Position numbers and translations under genes: made by a program
Shown: piece after piece, positions 63,986 to 64,000 of the stretch
Layout of the letters: each line of letters opens with the position of its first letter
Position numbering within the stretch: position 1 is the first letter of the stretch
Notes under the pieces: generated by a model
What the model was told of the DNA's origin: nothing
Databases searched by the model: none
What the model saw: only the letters and a program-made list of their open reading frames with translations
DNA from: Isurus oxyrinchus
Taxonomy: Eukaryota
Direction of reading: 5' to 3'
DNA: 64,000 bases
NCBI GenBank assembly: GCA_026770705.1
Contig: JANJGN010000009.1
Location: 140,802,001 to 140,866,000, forward strand

Positions 63986-64000
63986 GCCACTTGTTAGCAC

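Noticed and set aside
1-64000. Most 60-150-aa ORFs in the supplied track
   Set aside because: They are antisense or alternative frames of transposon relics, or chance ORFs with no recognisable domain.

Overview
Repeat-dense vertebrate DNA, intergenic or intronic. The repeat repertoire suggests a cartilaginous fish (inference). No host protein-coding exon could be supported. The window holds: (1) a full-length decayed PIF/Harbinger transposon (17048-22172; perfect 14-bp TIRs, ATA TSD, spliced Myb/SANT gene convergent with the transposase), three older Harbinger relics and a family of ~700-bp hairpin-rich MITEs; (2) Penelope-like (GIY-YIG) insertions with 13-14-bp TSDs whose termini carry minimal hammerhead-ribozyme motifs, including ~100-bp ribozyme-only inserts and a head-to-head palindromic pair; (3) two near full-length decayed CR1 LINEs, a second CR1-group LINE family, L2 tails and tRNA-derived SINEs; (4) a 2.45-kb non-autonomous Gypsy (Mag-like) LTR element at 60161-62612. 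The LTR element is the most unusual item: its RT, RNase H and integrase core are replaced by ~570 bp of coiled-coil coding sequence resembling host UACA/ANKRD24/RAI14 proteins, fused in frame to the zinc-knuckle/protease region. A few repeat-free, motif-rich stretches may be conserved enhancers. All homology calls are from recall and by-eye comparison, not database searches.
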